Assembly: GCF_009914755.1 (NCBI RefSeq)
Contig: NC_060940.1
Strand: one strand, 5' to 3'
DNA length: 64,000 nt
From: the human T2T-CHM13v2.0 reference genome, Homo sapiens
Every line of letters begins with the position of its first letter. The stretch's first letter is position 1. Shown here one piece after another: positions 36,981-61,247 of this stretch. A program made the position numbers and the translations under genes. Under the pieces are notes generated by a model, which ran no database searches, was not told where the DNA came from, and saw only the letters and a program-made list of their open reading frames with translations.

Positions 36981-38288
36981 TGGGTCTTACCTGTCGGGAC
37001 ACAGAAGGTGGAGATGGAAGGGGAGGCTGGACCAAGGAGGAGGCCAGCAGATGTCAAAGCTGGAGCATAGGTGAGGCTAGCCAGTAGGTCCCATGCTAGC
37101 AAGCAGACAAAGACACAAAGGTGGAGGAGTCATCACTTGGAAAAAATTAGGGGAATGCTGGGGCATAACATTACCCGGGAGATGACACCGCAACCCTCTG
37201 CCTTGGCCAGGCTGCACCTTATATTCTTCTCATCTCACCAGGAACCAATCCCAGTGATTGCCCTGCCCAGGGCTTCCAGGCAAAGCATATGATTGGCTGT
37301 CACCATTTGAAGCCAGCCATGGGAGGAAAGAAGTACTAGCGTTCCTGAGCATAGGTGGTGTTCACAAAATGAGCTAGAAACAGTCTCGTTTGTGCTGCCC
37401 TCTCCCGTGTTCGTTCTCTCCATCTCCTGCATGGTCCCTCCAACTTCCTGCATCTGTCGCCTACCTCCCCAGCTCTGGACCTTGGCTCCACCTTCCTGAT
37501 TCCAGCAGCTCCTCTCCCATTTGGCATAGTGTTCCCATGAACTGATAAGCTGTGACACAGTCACCCTGACCAGCCCACCTTTTGGCACAGCTCTCAGAAT
37601 TTCCCATGTCTGAACTCCCAGGGACCCCTCATGCTGGGTCCATCCAGGCACACACCACCCACGTACTATGATGAGACCTGAGCCCACGTGACACTGGAAG
37701 GGCTTTTGATTCCTCCTGGTGCTAAGGTGGGCATCAGGTAGAGACCTACCTATGCATGCATATGGCCCTGAGCCTTTTCCTGAGAGCTATAGCCTGAGAT
37801 AGCTGGAAACCCACAGATAGCAGAGCCTCTGAAAGCCACATTCACACCAAGCCCAGCACCTACAGGAACGCAGTCTTCAACAGAACAGGGGCTGGGCGCG
37901 GTGGCTCAGGCCTGTAATCCCAGCACTTTGGGAGGCCGAGGCTGGTGGACCTCGGAGTTTGAGACCAGCCTGGCCAACATGGTGACACCTTGTCTCTACT
38001 AAAAATACAAAAATTAGCCGGGCATGGTGGTGTGCACCCATATAGGGGTGTGGATGCCCTGAAGAACCACCCTGTTTACCAAGCCACGGGGAGTAGGCAC
38101 AGTCCAGGTTTTATACACTCAGATTCTTCCTATCTTCTGGAATCTTGTAGTTTATAAGAGGGCAATTGGCCTGTTCAGGCAACAGTTCATGAGTTCAGGA
38201 CTCACGCAGATCTGAAGAATTCTGGAGGTCTTCTACCTCCTCAAACCCTCCCCTCCTGTTCCTCGGTGGTGCCTGGAATTCCTTTAAA

Positions 38289-38505
38289 ACAAGGTTTCTC
38301 AGCCTCAGCACTACTGACATTCAGGCCCAAACATTCTTTGCTGTGGGGGGCTGCCCTGCGCCGTGTGGGATGTTTAGCAGTATCCCTGGCCTCTGCCCAG
38401 TAGATGCCAGCAGCACCCCCTCACCAAACTATAGCAACCAAAAATGCCTCCAAACATTTCAAGTGTCCTCTGGGGGACACAACTGCCTTCAGCTGACAAC
38501 CACTA
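38289..38505 (+). mobile_element. MER20 copy 5
   Basis: ctcagcactactgacatt..gtagatgccagcagcacc..ctgacaaccact. Confidence 0.85.
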
Positions 38506-38864
38506 CAGTGAAGAATTACTCAGGCCACAACTTCTAAGAAAATGCAGACTGCAGAGAGAGGGAACGCCTGCACAGGAATGAACAGCAGCCATTGATTACT
38601 GAGTGTCTGCATGGGTGGATCACCTTATGAAGCCAGGGATGGGGTGTTGTTCTGAAGTCAATACAAGGCGTGAGAACTGTGTCTCGTCAAAAGTGCCCTT
38701 GCAACCTGGTCATCCCTCCATCAGGACATACGGCTGTTTCCTTATTTGAATACTGATGCGGGTGTGTTTTCCTAAAACATGGCAGTCACTTTCATGGCAC
38801 AGTTGCCCATATGAACTATCTACACTGATGCAGGGGTAACTATTCTGCCAGGGATTCCGATGAA

Positions 38865-40103
<1,239 letters not shown>

Positions 40104-41110
40104 GGAAAAAAGAAGTTAATAATTATATCTAGGTTCTATTGCTTTCCAAAGCTTCTAAGCCTGAGGCCTGATGCCTTTGTTAGAAAGGCAGACGGGCAAA
40201 GGAAGGATAGGTGTTAAAGAGAGGTCGGCATCATGATGAGTCTTCCTCCGTGACACCATCAGAGAAGAGAGAGACTTTCTCCCTGGGATGCAGTGGTGTC
40301 TCATGAGGAGGGTAGCACAGGGCCAGGCTGCCAGCTCCACTTCCCCAGGGCTGGGCCGGTTTTAGAAACCAGCCGTCAGTAGCTTGGCTGCAGGCTCCAG
40401 TGCTGGAAGGAATCGGCTGCAAAGCACAAAAGCATTTCCCACTGCACAATGGGTTCCAGACCTCCTTGGACAAACAGAGGGGTTGGCAGTAGACACGCAG
40501 GGCCTCAGATCACCAGCAGGGGCCCTCACCCCTCAGACGCCAGGCCTTCCTGCCCAGGCCTTCCTGGGAAGGGGTGGTTTTGCTGATGCTAACAATGGCT
40601 GCTTGGGAGTCAAAACCCCAAAGAAACTTCAGAATGAAACCAAAGCCCTTCAAGGTTAAAATTCATAGCCCTTCTCTGTTCTGTTCAACCTCTTCCTATG
40701 CCTGGATGTTTTGTTTATCTGCCTGTCTGAGTTTCCTCTGATATATAAAGCAGAGTGCACAAATACAGGGCTACAGGATCAAGTAAATAATGCAAATGAG
40801 GGAAGCGTGCTGTAATAGGGAGTGGTGGGGTCTGAGGCTAACTGGAGCACCTGACCCAAAGAGAGGCAGCAGCCACTCAACCCTTACCCACTGTTCCCCT
40901 GTAGAAACATGAGCTCTGAATTGCTAGAGCTACTAATTTTTCAAGAGACGCTGGAAATCTGAAATTTTTTTATGTGAAATCACCATTTTTTACCAAATAT
41001 TTTTTGAACTCTGTGAGAGTGCATACAAATATGTGTACATGAGTGTTCACAGCAGCTTTATTTGTAACAGCCCCAAACTGGAAACAACCGAAATGCTTAT
41101 CAACAGGTGA

Positions 41111-42452
<1,342 letters not shown>

Positions 42453-43259
42453 AGAGAGCATTTCAAATCCTCTAGCCAAAGTAAACTGTTGAAAAGTGAA
42501 ATGGTTGCTATACATTTATCTTCATTGCATCAAATTCCTTTATTATTTTAGAATAACACCATGTGAAATTCACCAACCAGAAGACAAATCCTTGCTCAGG
42601 AAAATGTCAATAGCGTAGGGTTGGAGTTTGGTGCATTTCAGATGGGTGCTAACTTATTTGCAGAACAGCTGGTGATTAAATTATGACTATTAATAAAAAT
42701 CCATGAGGTTGCAAAAACCCTCCAGTCTGTAGTGATGAGGTTGTTAGTAATAATTCAAAACTTCCCTGGAGGAATTTTTATTTTTATTTATTTATTTATT
42801 TATGTATTTATTTATTTATTTCAACTTATTTTAATTTTAATTTTTTAGAGACAATGTCTTGCTCTGTCACCCAGGCTGGAGTGCAGTGCCACGATCATAG
42901 CTCACTGCAGCATCAAACTCCGGGGCTCAAGGGATCCTCACTAGAGGAATTTGGAAAGCGAAAAGGTTTTGCTCTCCCCACCTCCATTCAAAAGATCCTT
43001 TCTCTCTCCATCAGTAATTATATTAATACTTACAGTTACCTTTTTACTGAGTGTTTATCATTTGTCAAGCACTGTTTTAAGAGCTCCAGAGATTACCTCA
43101 TTAATACAGTAATGTTACCATGTAGAAATTCTTATCCCTGTTTCACAGGTGAGAAACCAGGTACCAATAGCCAACTAAAAGAGCCTTTCCAAGTCATCCC
43201 CAGACCACAAACTTCAGGCAATGAAACATGACAATGAACTACATTTGATCCACCGTATG

Positions 43260-44120
43260 AGATGCCTCATTAAAAGAAGATGCACAAGAGCCAAAAGATG
43301 GACGCCACCAAGTCTCCATAAATGGATGAATGGATAAAGAAAACGTGGTATAGACAGACAATGGAATATTACTCTGACTTGAAAAAGAAGGAAATTCTGA
43401 CACATGCTACAACATGGATGAGCCTTGAAGACATTATGCCAAGTGAAATTAACCAGTCACAGGAGGACAACTACTGTATGATTCCACTTATATGAAGTCC
43501 ATAGAGTAGTCAAATTATCAAAGACAGAAAGCAGAATGGTAGTTACTTGTATTTGTCTGTTCTAATGCTGCTGCTAATAAAGACATACCCAAGACTGGGA
43601 TATTTATAGAGAAAAAGAGATTTAATGGACTCACAGTTCCACATGACTAGGAAGGCCTTACAATCATGGTGGAAGGCAGAGGAGGAGCAAACGCACGTCT
43701 AACATGGCAGCAGGCAAAAGAGAATGTGCAGGGGAACTCCCTTTTATAGAACCACCAGGTCTCAAGAGACTTATTCACTATCACGAGAAAAGCACGGGAA
43801 AAACCTGCCCCCATGGTTCAATTACCTCCCACTGAGTCCCTCCCACTGACACATGTGGTTTATGGGAGCTATAATTCAAGATGAGATCTGGGTGGAAACA
43901 CAGCCAAATGATATTACCATGGATATGGGGGGAGATGGAAAAGGGGAGGGAGTGTTTAATGGGTGCAGAGTTTCAGACTGGGAAGATGGAAAAGTTCTGG
44001 AGATGGATTGTGGTGATGGATGCACAATGTATGAATGTACTTAATGCCACAGAACTGTACACTTAAGAGTGGTTAAAATGCTAAGTTTTATGTTATGTGT
44101 ATTTTACCATAATAAAAATG
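43260..44120 (+). mobile_element. L1MB 3' fragment interrupted by a THE1 LTR
   Basis: gatgaatggataaagaaaacgtgg...aaagttctggagatggat...ttttatgttatgtgtattttaccat. Confidence 0.75.
43548..43916 (-). mobile_element. THE1 (MaLR) solo LTR, sense to TEKT5
   Basis: Reverse complement matches the THE1 LTR (ttggctgtgt..cccagatctcatcttgaattatagctcccataa ... gagtccattaaa ... gggtatgtctttattagcagc). Confidence 0.88.
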
Positions 44121-44219
44121 GGTCTTTGCATGAAAAAAAGAAAAAGGGACATTTAAGGCATTCATTCATGCATGCTTCATTCTTTAAAAAAAAACCTCAG
44201 TACAAAACTCAACATTGCA

Positions 44220-47049
<2,830 letters not shown>

Positions 47050-47824
47050 TAAAAAGGGGTACTGTTCTGCAAACACAAATTCAAGGCTAGTTCCCTCTGA
47101 CTTGACTATCATCCAAGTTCTTTCTGTGTATAAATTTCACAGCCACCACTGTTCCTCCAGGAGAATGTCAAGTCCCCAGAGGCCAGCGCCCATGTTTATA
47201 CGGCTCCTCATTTTATTCCTAGTGCCTAGCGCAGCATCTGGCACCCAGTGGGAATCTAAATTTGCATTGAGCAGGGACTATAAATTCCATCCAAAGAGGA
47301 CTCCAAGAGCCAACCCAGAGGTGTGAAAAAGCATGACGCAAAACGCCTAAAGGGCACACTGGTGTAGGCATAGCACGCAGACGACAGAATCGGGCAGTGC
47401 TGCAGACTCCTCAGATCCAAAAAGCACCCCACCCCTCAGCAGGGAACCTTTAGACTGTTACGGTACCGTTCAGGCCTTTGGAAGTCAAAGATTACACTTC
47501 CAAAGATGCTGCTGTGGACGGAGAAGATGTGCAGAAGTGGCAGAGACTATGGTGTGCCGGGCTCCGTTCTCTGCACTCGCGCTCGGCCACATGGGTCTTA
47601 GATGGAAAATAAGGGGTCCTGGGAGTGTCACAGCCTCTTGGGCACAGCTAGGCCAAGCTCCAGGCTTGTAAGCAAGACAAGATGGACTATGGATGCTTAA
47701 ATCCCCCCAGGAAGCTCAGCCCTTGGCCCCTTTTAGGAAGAAAAAGACCACAGACCTTGGGAGAGAGGGTACTGCTTTGGCACCAGGGGCAGGGCCAGCT
47801 TGGCCCAGATAACACTCAGATTCA

Positions 47825-48379
<555 letters not shown>

Positions 48380-48819
48380 CCTGATCCAATACCCTCATTT
48401 TACAGGGGAAGCAAGAGAACCCTAAAGAGAGCAGCTGGTTGGCAGAAGGGCACTCAGTGAGTGGGTCAAAGAGAGGGGCTCCCGCAGAGAGCTCTTTTCC
48501 CTAACACCCACACCACCACCACCAGAAACACAACGTGGACAAGCCAAGAAGCAGGCTTTGGGCCTGCTTCTTCATTGGGGTCCCTGAACCCCCTAACTCT
48601 GCGATGGGAATGTGGCCACGCTACTTTCACTGCCATTCATTCATGGAATATTTCTTCAACTTCTACGACATGCCAAGCATTGTTCCAGGCAGTTAGGAGA
48701 GAGCCATGAACAAGAACGGCAACATCCGTGTCCTCATGGCGGTTAAGTGCCAGAGGAGGGAGATTGACAGTGAATGAGGAGATAGTTACACATTGTGTTA
48801 TGTGCTGGGAAGGGATTTA

Positions 48820-51845
<3,026 letters not shown>

Positions 51846-52503
51846 AGAAAACCACAAATACAAAGCCCCAAGCTAGCACATCTGGGGAGCAATTAGTTGC
51901 TACAAACAGCAGCTCTCTTCTCCAGATGGAGTCTCCAGATGGGGGACTTTAAGGAGCAGGTCCCTCCTGGGTGTGGAAATTGGAGGCTCTGGGGCTGCCA
52001 GGTTTCTGGAGAGGAATCTGTTTGGGAAGAGAGACCCTCTGGACTCCCTGTGCAGATGAGGGGGGCCCAGCCCCCAAAGTCCTGCTCACCTTGCCAGTGC
52101 CATGGAGGAGAGCACCTTGTCAGGAAGAGAAGGAAAGTCCCCAGGAGTTGTCATTACCAGAAGTCCCAAAGGGTCACCTCAGCACTGTGACATTTGTAAG
52201 ATCCAGAAAGTGACCCCAGGCTTGGGCCAAGGAGAATGCCAAGGAACACCTTCCTTCTCGCTTCCCTTCCTCCCTTCCTGTGGTTCTTCTTTCCCTCCCT
52301 TCCTCCTTCATTCATTCTTCTATTCAATAAAAATTTATTGCATACCAACATGTGCCAAGCACAATTCTATGTGCTAGGGATTTTTTTTTTTTTTTAACAG
52401 AAGAAGGCAGAACTAAGATAGACTCCACCCTCTTTCTCATCCCGAGCATCTCTCAGACCTCAGACTACCAACTGGGAAGCATGTTTTCATTCTGCATAAA
52501 ATC

Positions 52504-52981
52504 TCACAATAGCAAAGACTTGGAGCCAACCCAAATGTCCAACGATGATAGACTGGATTAAGAAAATGTGGCACATATACACCATGGAATACTATGCAGC
52601 CATAAAAAATGATGAGTTCATGTCCTTTGTAGGGACATGGATGAAATTGGAAATCATCATTCTCAGTAAACTATCACAAGAACAAAAAACCAAACACCGC
52701 ATATTCTCACTCATAGGTGGGAACTGAACAATGAGAACACATGGACACAGGAAGGGGAACATCACACTCTGGGGACTGTTGTGGGGTGGGGGGAGGGGGG
52801 AGGGATAGCATTAGGAGATATACCTAATGCTAGATGACGATTTAGTGGGTGCAGCGCACGAGCATGGCACATGTATACATATGTAACTAACCTGCACATT
52901 GTGCACATGTATCCTAAAACTTAAAGTATAATAATAATAATAAATAAATAAATAAGAAAAATACCAAAAAAAAAAAAAAAA
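52504..52981 (+). mobile_element. 5'-truncated young primate L1 (L1PA2/PA3-like): ORF2 C-terminus, 3'UTR and poly(A)
   Basis: ORF 52545..52727 (WIKKMWHIYTMEYYAAIKNDEFMSF...) is the L1 ORF2 end; G-rich 3'UTR; TSD AAAA(T/C)CTCACAAT. Confidence 0.93.
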
Positions 52982-53293
52982 CCTCACAATGCTGTGATAT
53001 GCCCACGATCATGACAGGCTCACAGAAGGCACCACCTCATAGCTGCTGTGACGAGAAAATGAGGTCACACAGTAAGCACTTGATAAATGTTGGCTGTGAT
53101 TATTCTATACTAGGCTCTGTGCTTAAAACTTCACACACCCACCTTTTTCATACTCCCAGCAGCCCTGGGAAGTGGGTACTTAATTTTCTCCCAGTGGTAT
53201 AGATTCAGAAATGGCCCAAAGAAATGAAGTGACTTGCTCAGTGTTAGCGTAGAGGCTGGGATTTGAAGCCACGTAGCCTGGCTCCAGATTCCA

Positions 53294-53300
<7 letters not shown>

Positions 53301-53333
<33 letters not shown>
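53301..53333. repeat. (TC)~16 microsatellite
   Basis: Read directly. Confidence 0.9.
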
Positions 53334-53335
<2 letters not shown>

Positions 53336-53914
53336 CTGGTCTGGAAAACTCCTGGAACTCCTGGCCTCAGGCAATCCTCCAGCCTTGGCCTCCCAAAGGG
53401 CTGGGATTACAGGGGTAAGCCAACAAGCCTGGCGAAGCAAGAATTCACTCTGTTAAACCACCCCACCACCAGCCGACCCCAGTTGGTCTCCCTGCCGAGT
53501 TTGTCACTTGTTTCGGAATTTTTTTTTTTTTTTTGGTGAAACTGCTGAGTGGCAGTGGCTGTGCGACCCTCACTAAGCCAATGCCATGCCCTCTCTTCCT
53601 GAAATTTGGATCTTGAATGGTGGGGCAAGGATGGAAAGATGAAGGCGCTCTGACCACACAGCTCCTACTGCCAGAACCTTTCCTTCCCGCTTTCCCCTTG
53701 AGTTCGTGGCTCCCCCATACCTCCTCCGGTAAATTCCATCTTGTCTTAAGCTAACCCGACTTGGATTCTGCCGCCTGCGCTAGAGGATCCCCATTCAACC
53801 ATGCCACTTCCCACTTAACTGGTGCACGATGCCCCTTCGCCATTCGTTGGCAGGAGCAGAAGCCCTCACTCCAGTTGGACACGCCAGGGATGGGGAGGGG
53901 GAGTCTGATACTTA

Positions 53915-54076
<162 letters not shown>

Positions 54077-54569
54077 TCATTCCTGGACTATGCACCTGCA
54101 CAGAGTACCCAGCTTGGGCCACACAGCAGGTGTGTGTTGCAAGCCCTGGACTCCCAGAAAGCCACCCAGTAGCTTCTCAGTCCTCTTCCCACCTCCATGT
54201 CCCACCACATACCCAGAGGCTCCCCCCAATCCAAACAGATTTGTCCTTTATTCTTTTTTTTTTGTTTCCAGACAGAGTCTCACTCTGTCACCCAGGTTGG
54301 AGTGCAGTGGTGCAGTCATGGCTCACTGCAGCCTTGACCTCCCAGGCTCAAGCACTCTTCCCACCTCAGCCTCCTGAGTAGCTAGGGCTACAGGCATGGG
54401 CCACCAAGCCCGACTAACTTTTTAAATATTTTTGTAGACATGGTCTTGCTGTGTTGCGCAGGCTGGTCTTGAACTCCTAGGCTCAAGTGATCCCCCTGCC
54501 TCAGTTTCCCAAAGGGTTGAGATTACAGGCATAAGCCACCACACCTGGCCCCTGCTGTCCTTTAGAAGA

Positions 54570-54775
54570 AGGATGGGTAAGCACTTACCGTAAAGGGTTA
54601 CATGATAAATAATTTAGGCTTTGTGGGTCATATGGTCTCTGTTGCAACTACTCAACTGTGCACGAGAGCAGTCGCAGATATGTAAAAATCCATGTGGCTT
54701 CATCTCAATAAAACTTTATTTACAAAAACAGATGGCGGGCCAGATTTGTCCCTCCAGCTGTAGCTTGCTGACCTA
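54570..54775. mobile_element. MER58A fragment
   Basis: atggtctctgttgcaactactcaact..aataaaactttatttacaaaaacag. Confidence 0.75.
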
Positions 54776-55189
54776 ATTTTGAAGATATCAATCCACACTT
54801 TGGACAAAGCCTGATGCAAGTCAAATCACTTTGTAAATCAATCATTGTGTCTGACCCTATGCTGGGCACCGAGGGATGAGACGCAAATAAGACGACCCAG
54901 TCACTCCCTTCAGGTTGCTCACAGATTTGTGTGAACAAATATAAAATATATGTATATATGTACAGAACAGAATGGTAAGGGCATTGTGCAGGTTTGAAAA
55001 TATGAAACAACACAGAGGAAACCATTAACTGAGGGTGAGAGGGTGGTCAGGGAAGGCTTTCCAAGGTGTCTGAGCTGGGTTTTCACAATAAATAGGAGTA
55101 GACCTTATGGGGGAATGAGAATTCCAAGCCGACAACATCACACGTGCCAACACAGAGAAGCTAGAAACACCAGATGTTTAGGGACCTCA

Positions 55190-55345
55190 GGATCAGGAAC
55201 TGGGTGGAGTCAGGGGCTACGTGAGGACAGGGATTGGGTGGGGTCAGGGACTGGGCGGGGTCGGGGGCTAGGTGAAGACAGGAATTGGGTAGGGTTGGGG
55301 CTGGGTGGGATCAGAGACTGGGCTGAGGTAAAGAGAGGACAATGG
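55190..55345. repeat. G-rich degenerate tandem repeat (about 2-3 copies of a ~50-bp unit)
   Basis: ggggctacgtgaggacagggattgggt / ggggctaggtgaagacaggaattgggt. Confidence 0.7.
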
Positions 55346-55532
55346 ATCAGGGCCAGGGCTTAAGCCAGGAGGGCTGGTTGGTATCTCGGCTAAGAAGCTT
55401 AGACTTAAAGATTACTGCCAAATTCCAGACATTTGAGAATCACTTCCACGATTCTTGCCAAATACCAAACTCGACTATTTACTTATTTTTCCTTTTTAAA
55501 ATCACTTTTATTTAATTAATTAATTTTTTTGA

Positions 55533-55834
<302 letters not shown>

Positions 55835-57102
55835 TAAATAAATGTATGATAAAAGGAAAATTTACATCCCTGTCTTTAAAGAAAAACCCATCACCCTTTC
55901 CATTAATAGAAGATCACCTCAGACCTAAATATTAATACTACGTAGGCACTCGCTAAATCCTAGCTAGAATCTATTTCCTCCAGAAGGTTCTAAGCCTGGA
56001 CCTTTTTCTGTTTCCCTGTTGGCTGAAAAAAAAAGAGATCAGTTGATGGTACAGACACATAAGCAGCAGCTGAAACTTTTGCCTTGAAGTGTTTAGAAGA
56101 ATTGTTAGAGTAGAGAAGGGAGTAACTTCCATTAAGTGAGGGTATGTCAGACACCAGCTAAACCGAGTGTATCTGTTCTCTATCTGTCTCTCTGCCTTTC
56201 TCTCTCCCTCCCTTCTTGTGTCTATGTCTCTGTCTCTCTAACCTTTGTCTCTTTCTTGGTTTCTCTCTGTCTGAGCCTCTGTGTGTCTCTGTGGGTCTCT
56301 CCCTCCCTCCCCTCCATCTTTTTTTTTTTTTTTCCTGCTGTGGATGTTGGTTGCGGGTGAGGGGTTCCCAGCAGGCCAGGAGCCAGGAAGTGAAATCCTC
56401 ACAGTGGTGGCGGTTCCCACCTATCAGGAAGCTCGGGTCATGTCGGAGCAGGAGGAACCCCAGTCCCGGGGCCCTTGGGGTTTCCAAATTGGCAGAGTCC
56501 TGGAGAAATGGGGCCCTGTCCTGCCTAATGAGCTGGAATGTGAAGCGAGGCCAGGATGTGGAAAGCAAACATGTTAGAGAATTAGAGGGAAACCTGGGGG
56601 CCTCAGAGTCCAGCGTGTCCAGCTGCCTGGCCCTTGTCATGAGGCCTAGGGAAAGAGGAGGCAGTCCTGTCCTCCCTACTCGGCCCACAACCAAGGGCCA
56701 GACCAATGCCAAGCTCACCCTGCTGTCAGCCCACCAGGAAAAGACCAAACGTGGCTCCTTCTCTATCAGGAAGAGCCTTTTCTCACCTGGTGCAGCAAGG
56801 ACCCCACCCTGCCCAGATGCGGGCCTCAGGCTTCGCAGAAAACCATGAGCCAAGAGCCTGGTGTTGGCCACCTGAGCAGGTCAGTGGCAGAGCTTCCCCA
56901 AGGGGGTGAGGACACACCAGACTCTGCCTGGCTAATGAGGCTCTGGCTGGCTCTCGGTTAATTAGTATAACCCCAATCCCTCTGGCAGCACAAGCTGTGA
57001 GATGGCAGGAGTCATCTGACACACAGCCACTGCCCAGCGACAAACAGCCTCCATCCGGCGTGGCTCGGCCTCCAGTCTCCACAAAGTGAAATGCTGCCCT
57101 GA

Positions 57103-57844
<742 letters not shown>

Positions 57845-58029
57845 TGAGGTCCAGCTCCCCACTTCAAGTCTGGGATTAGTTCACTCTGCCGGCTCAAACT
57901 ATCCCACTTCCCAAACGTCAGCCCTCCTGTCCCCACCAGCGCCACGGTTTTTCACATCCCATCGCAGCTACAAATGGAAAACCATTCTCTCTTGCCATAA
58001 ATAGAAGATCACAAAAATAACTGGAAGAA

Positions 58030-59320
<1,291 letters not shown>

Positions 59321-59387
59321 AACAAAGACACTGGCCTGTCCCAATTCTCCCTTTGTTAAAATTTGCCTGTTTAAATAAGAGTATTTA

Positions 59388-59708
<321 letters not shown>

Positions 59709-59764
59709 TTAAGGGATTTTATTTACTGAATTGATTTTTATTTATTTTATTTTATTTTTTAAGC

Positions 59765-59980
59765 CTTTAAGGGTACATAGTAGGTGTATATATTTGTGGG
59801 GTACCTGAGATATTTTGATACAGGCATGCAATTTGTAACAATCACATCAGGGTAACTGGGGTATCCATCCCCTCCAGCATTTATCATTTCTTTGTGTTAC
59901 AAACATTCCCATTTATACTCTTTAAGTTATTTTTAAATGTGCAATAAATTATTGTTGACTGTAGTCACCCTGTTGTGCTT
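59765..59980 (-). mobile_element. L1MA 3' end fragment
   Basis: gggtacatagtaggtgtatatattt...ttattgttgactgtagtcaccctgttgtgc is a reverse L1MA 3'UTR. Confidence 0.75.
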
Positions 59981-60887
59981 AAGGTTTTTTTAAGTGAATC
60001 AATTTATAGACAAACTATAGGTAACAATAGTCCCGGTGATAGGTGGAATTGTGAGAAATTAGAACAGGGGCACACAAATTATTGAACTTCAACTCTGTTT
60101 GTGTCCTTTCAGCCATCATCCCTCCTGCTATATTTGCATCTTCTCTGTACACCTCCACCCCGATGTCTTTCTAGGGGTCTCCAATGTGTCTGTCCGTGAC
60201 CAAGCTCTTTGCTCTATGGGTAGCTTGCCTGCGATGTCTTTCTCCCTAACACCCAGAACTAACCCCTTCGGGGGATCCAAGGGCTCCTAGAGGAGGAGGT
60301 GGGTTCTGGGGCACAGCAAACCAAGATATGTGCTCCCAGGGCTGATTTGGAAGGTGCCCGCCCCCCCTGCATCCACGCCAACTGCCCATGTGCACCAGGC
60401 AGCGGGAGGGACAGCCATTGCCAGGTTGCCAGGCTGTCCCGTGCTTTCTGTGTCTCTGTGTCAAGAGGGAATGAAGTGGAAAAACCAGCAGAGCAGCGTG
60501 CCCTGAAAGAGTCAAAGGTGAGTGCCAGCTGCAGGTGGAGGTGAGGCGGCTGCTTTCGGGGGAGCTGGTGCCAAGGGCTTCACTATGGGCCCCAAGCCCC
60601 GTAAAACTTAAGTCTCCCTTTAATTATGTGAGGGGCCCCCAGGCTTGTCGGGATACTGGTTACATAATCTTGTAAGAACAAAAAGCTGATTTTGTTTGAA
60701 GACTTCTGGCTCAATGCGTCCACCAGCTCCCTTGTGGAGGTGCCCAGCCCCTGGCCTTGCTACCTAATACCACCCACCCTCTGTCATCTCCCAAGGTTCA
60801 GAACTCAAATGGGGAAGCCACAGGCTAAGAGGGGCCTCAGGGAGGCCAGTTGCCTCTGGCCAGGGCTCTCGCTGTAAACAAGAGAAA

Positions 60888-61064
60888 CCAGCGATGCACG
60901 GGTTGTGAGAGTCAGTTGTACACATCTCAGTAACATCATATTAGCAGCTTAAAATCAGCCACTGTGGTAACATTTACACCAGCGAAACTGGCAGATACTA
61001 TGATCAGGACTCTTTTTTTTTTTCCTAGAAGGCTGGTTGTTGAACATTTACCAGCATACCACTG
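60888..61064. mobile_element. MER63-like (hAT) fragment
   Basis: gcagcttaaaatcagcca..atttacacc..aacatttaccagcataccactg. Confidence 0.5.
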
Positions 61065-61176
61065 ACCAAAAGAACCACCCAGAGACAAGTGGGCCCATCT
61101 GGCTTGTCCCCCAGAAATCTGAGAGTCCTAAAACAAACCCCAAGGAGAGGGAATTAAAAAAAAAAAAAGCCCTTAC

Positions 61177-61247
61177 CGCATCTGGATATCAATTCTTTGA
61201 GCTAATTTTCTCATCTGTTCTTGGCAACATTTTAGCAAATCCACTTC
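61177..61247 (-). CDS. TEKT5: Tektin-5 coding exon (probably exon 3), 71 nt, EVDLLKCCQEQMRKLAQRIDIQM(R)
   Basis: ttttcatttcag acceptor and CG|GTAAG donor; phase 0/2, matching both neighbours; absent from the ORF track. Confidence 0.93.

Noticed and set aside
52545-52727. ORF resembling a protein-coding gene
   Set aside because: It is the ORF2 C-terminus of a truncated L1, not an independent gene
56158-56871. Overlapping 237-aa (-) and 210-aa (+) ORFs
   Set aside because: Non-ATG starts, partly built from a TC-rich low-complexity tract, no recognisable domain or splice structure
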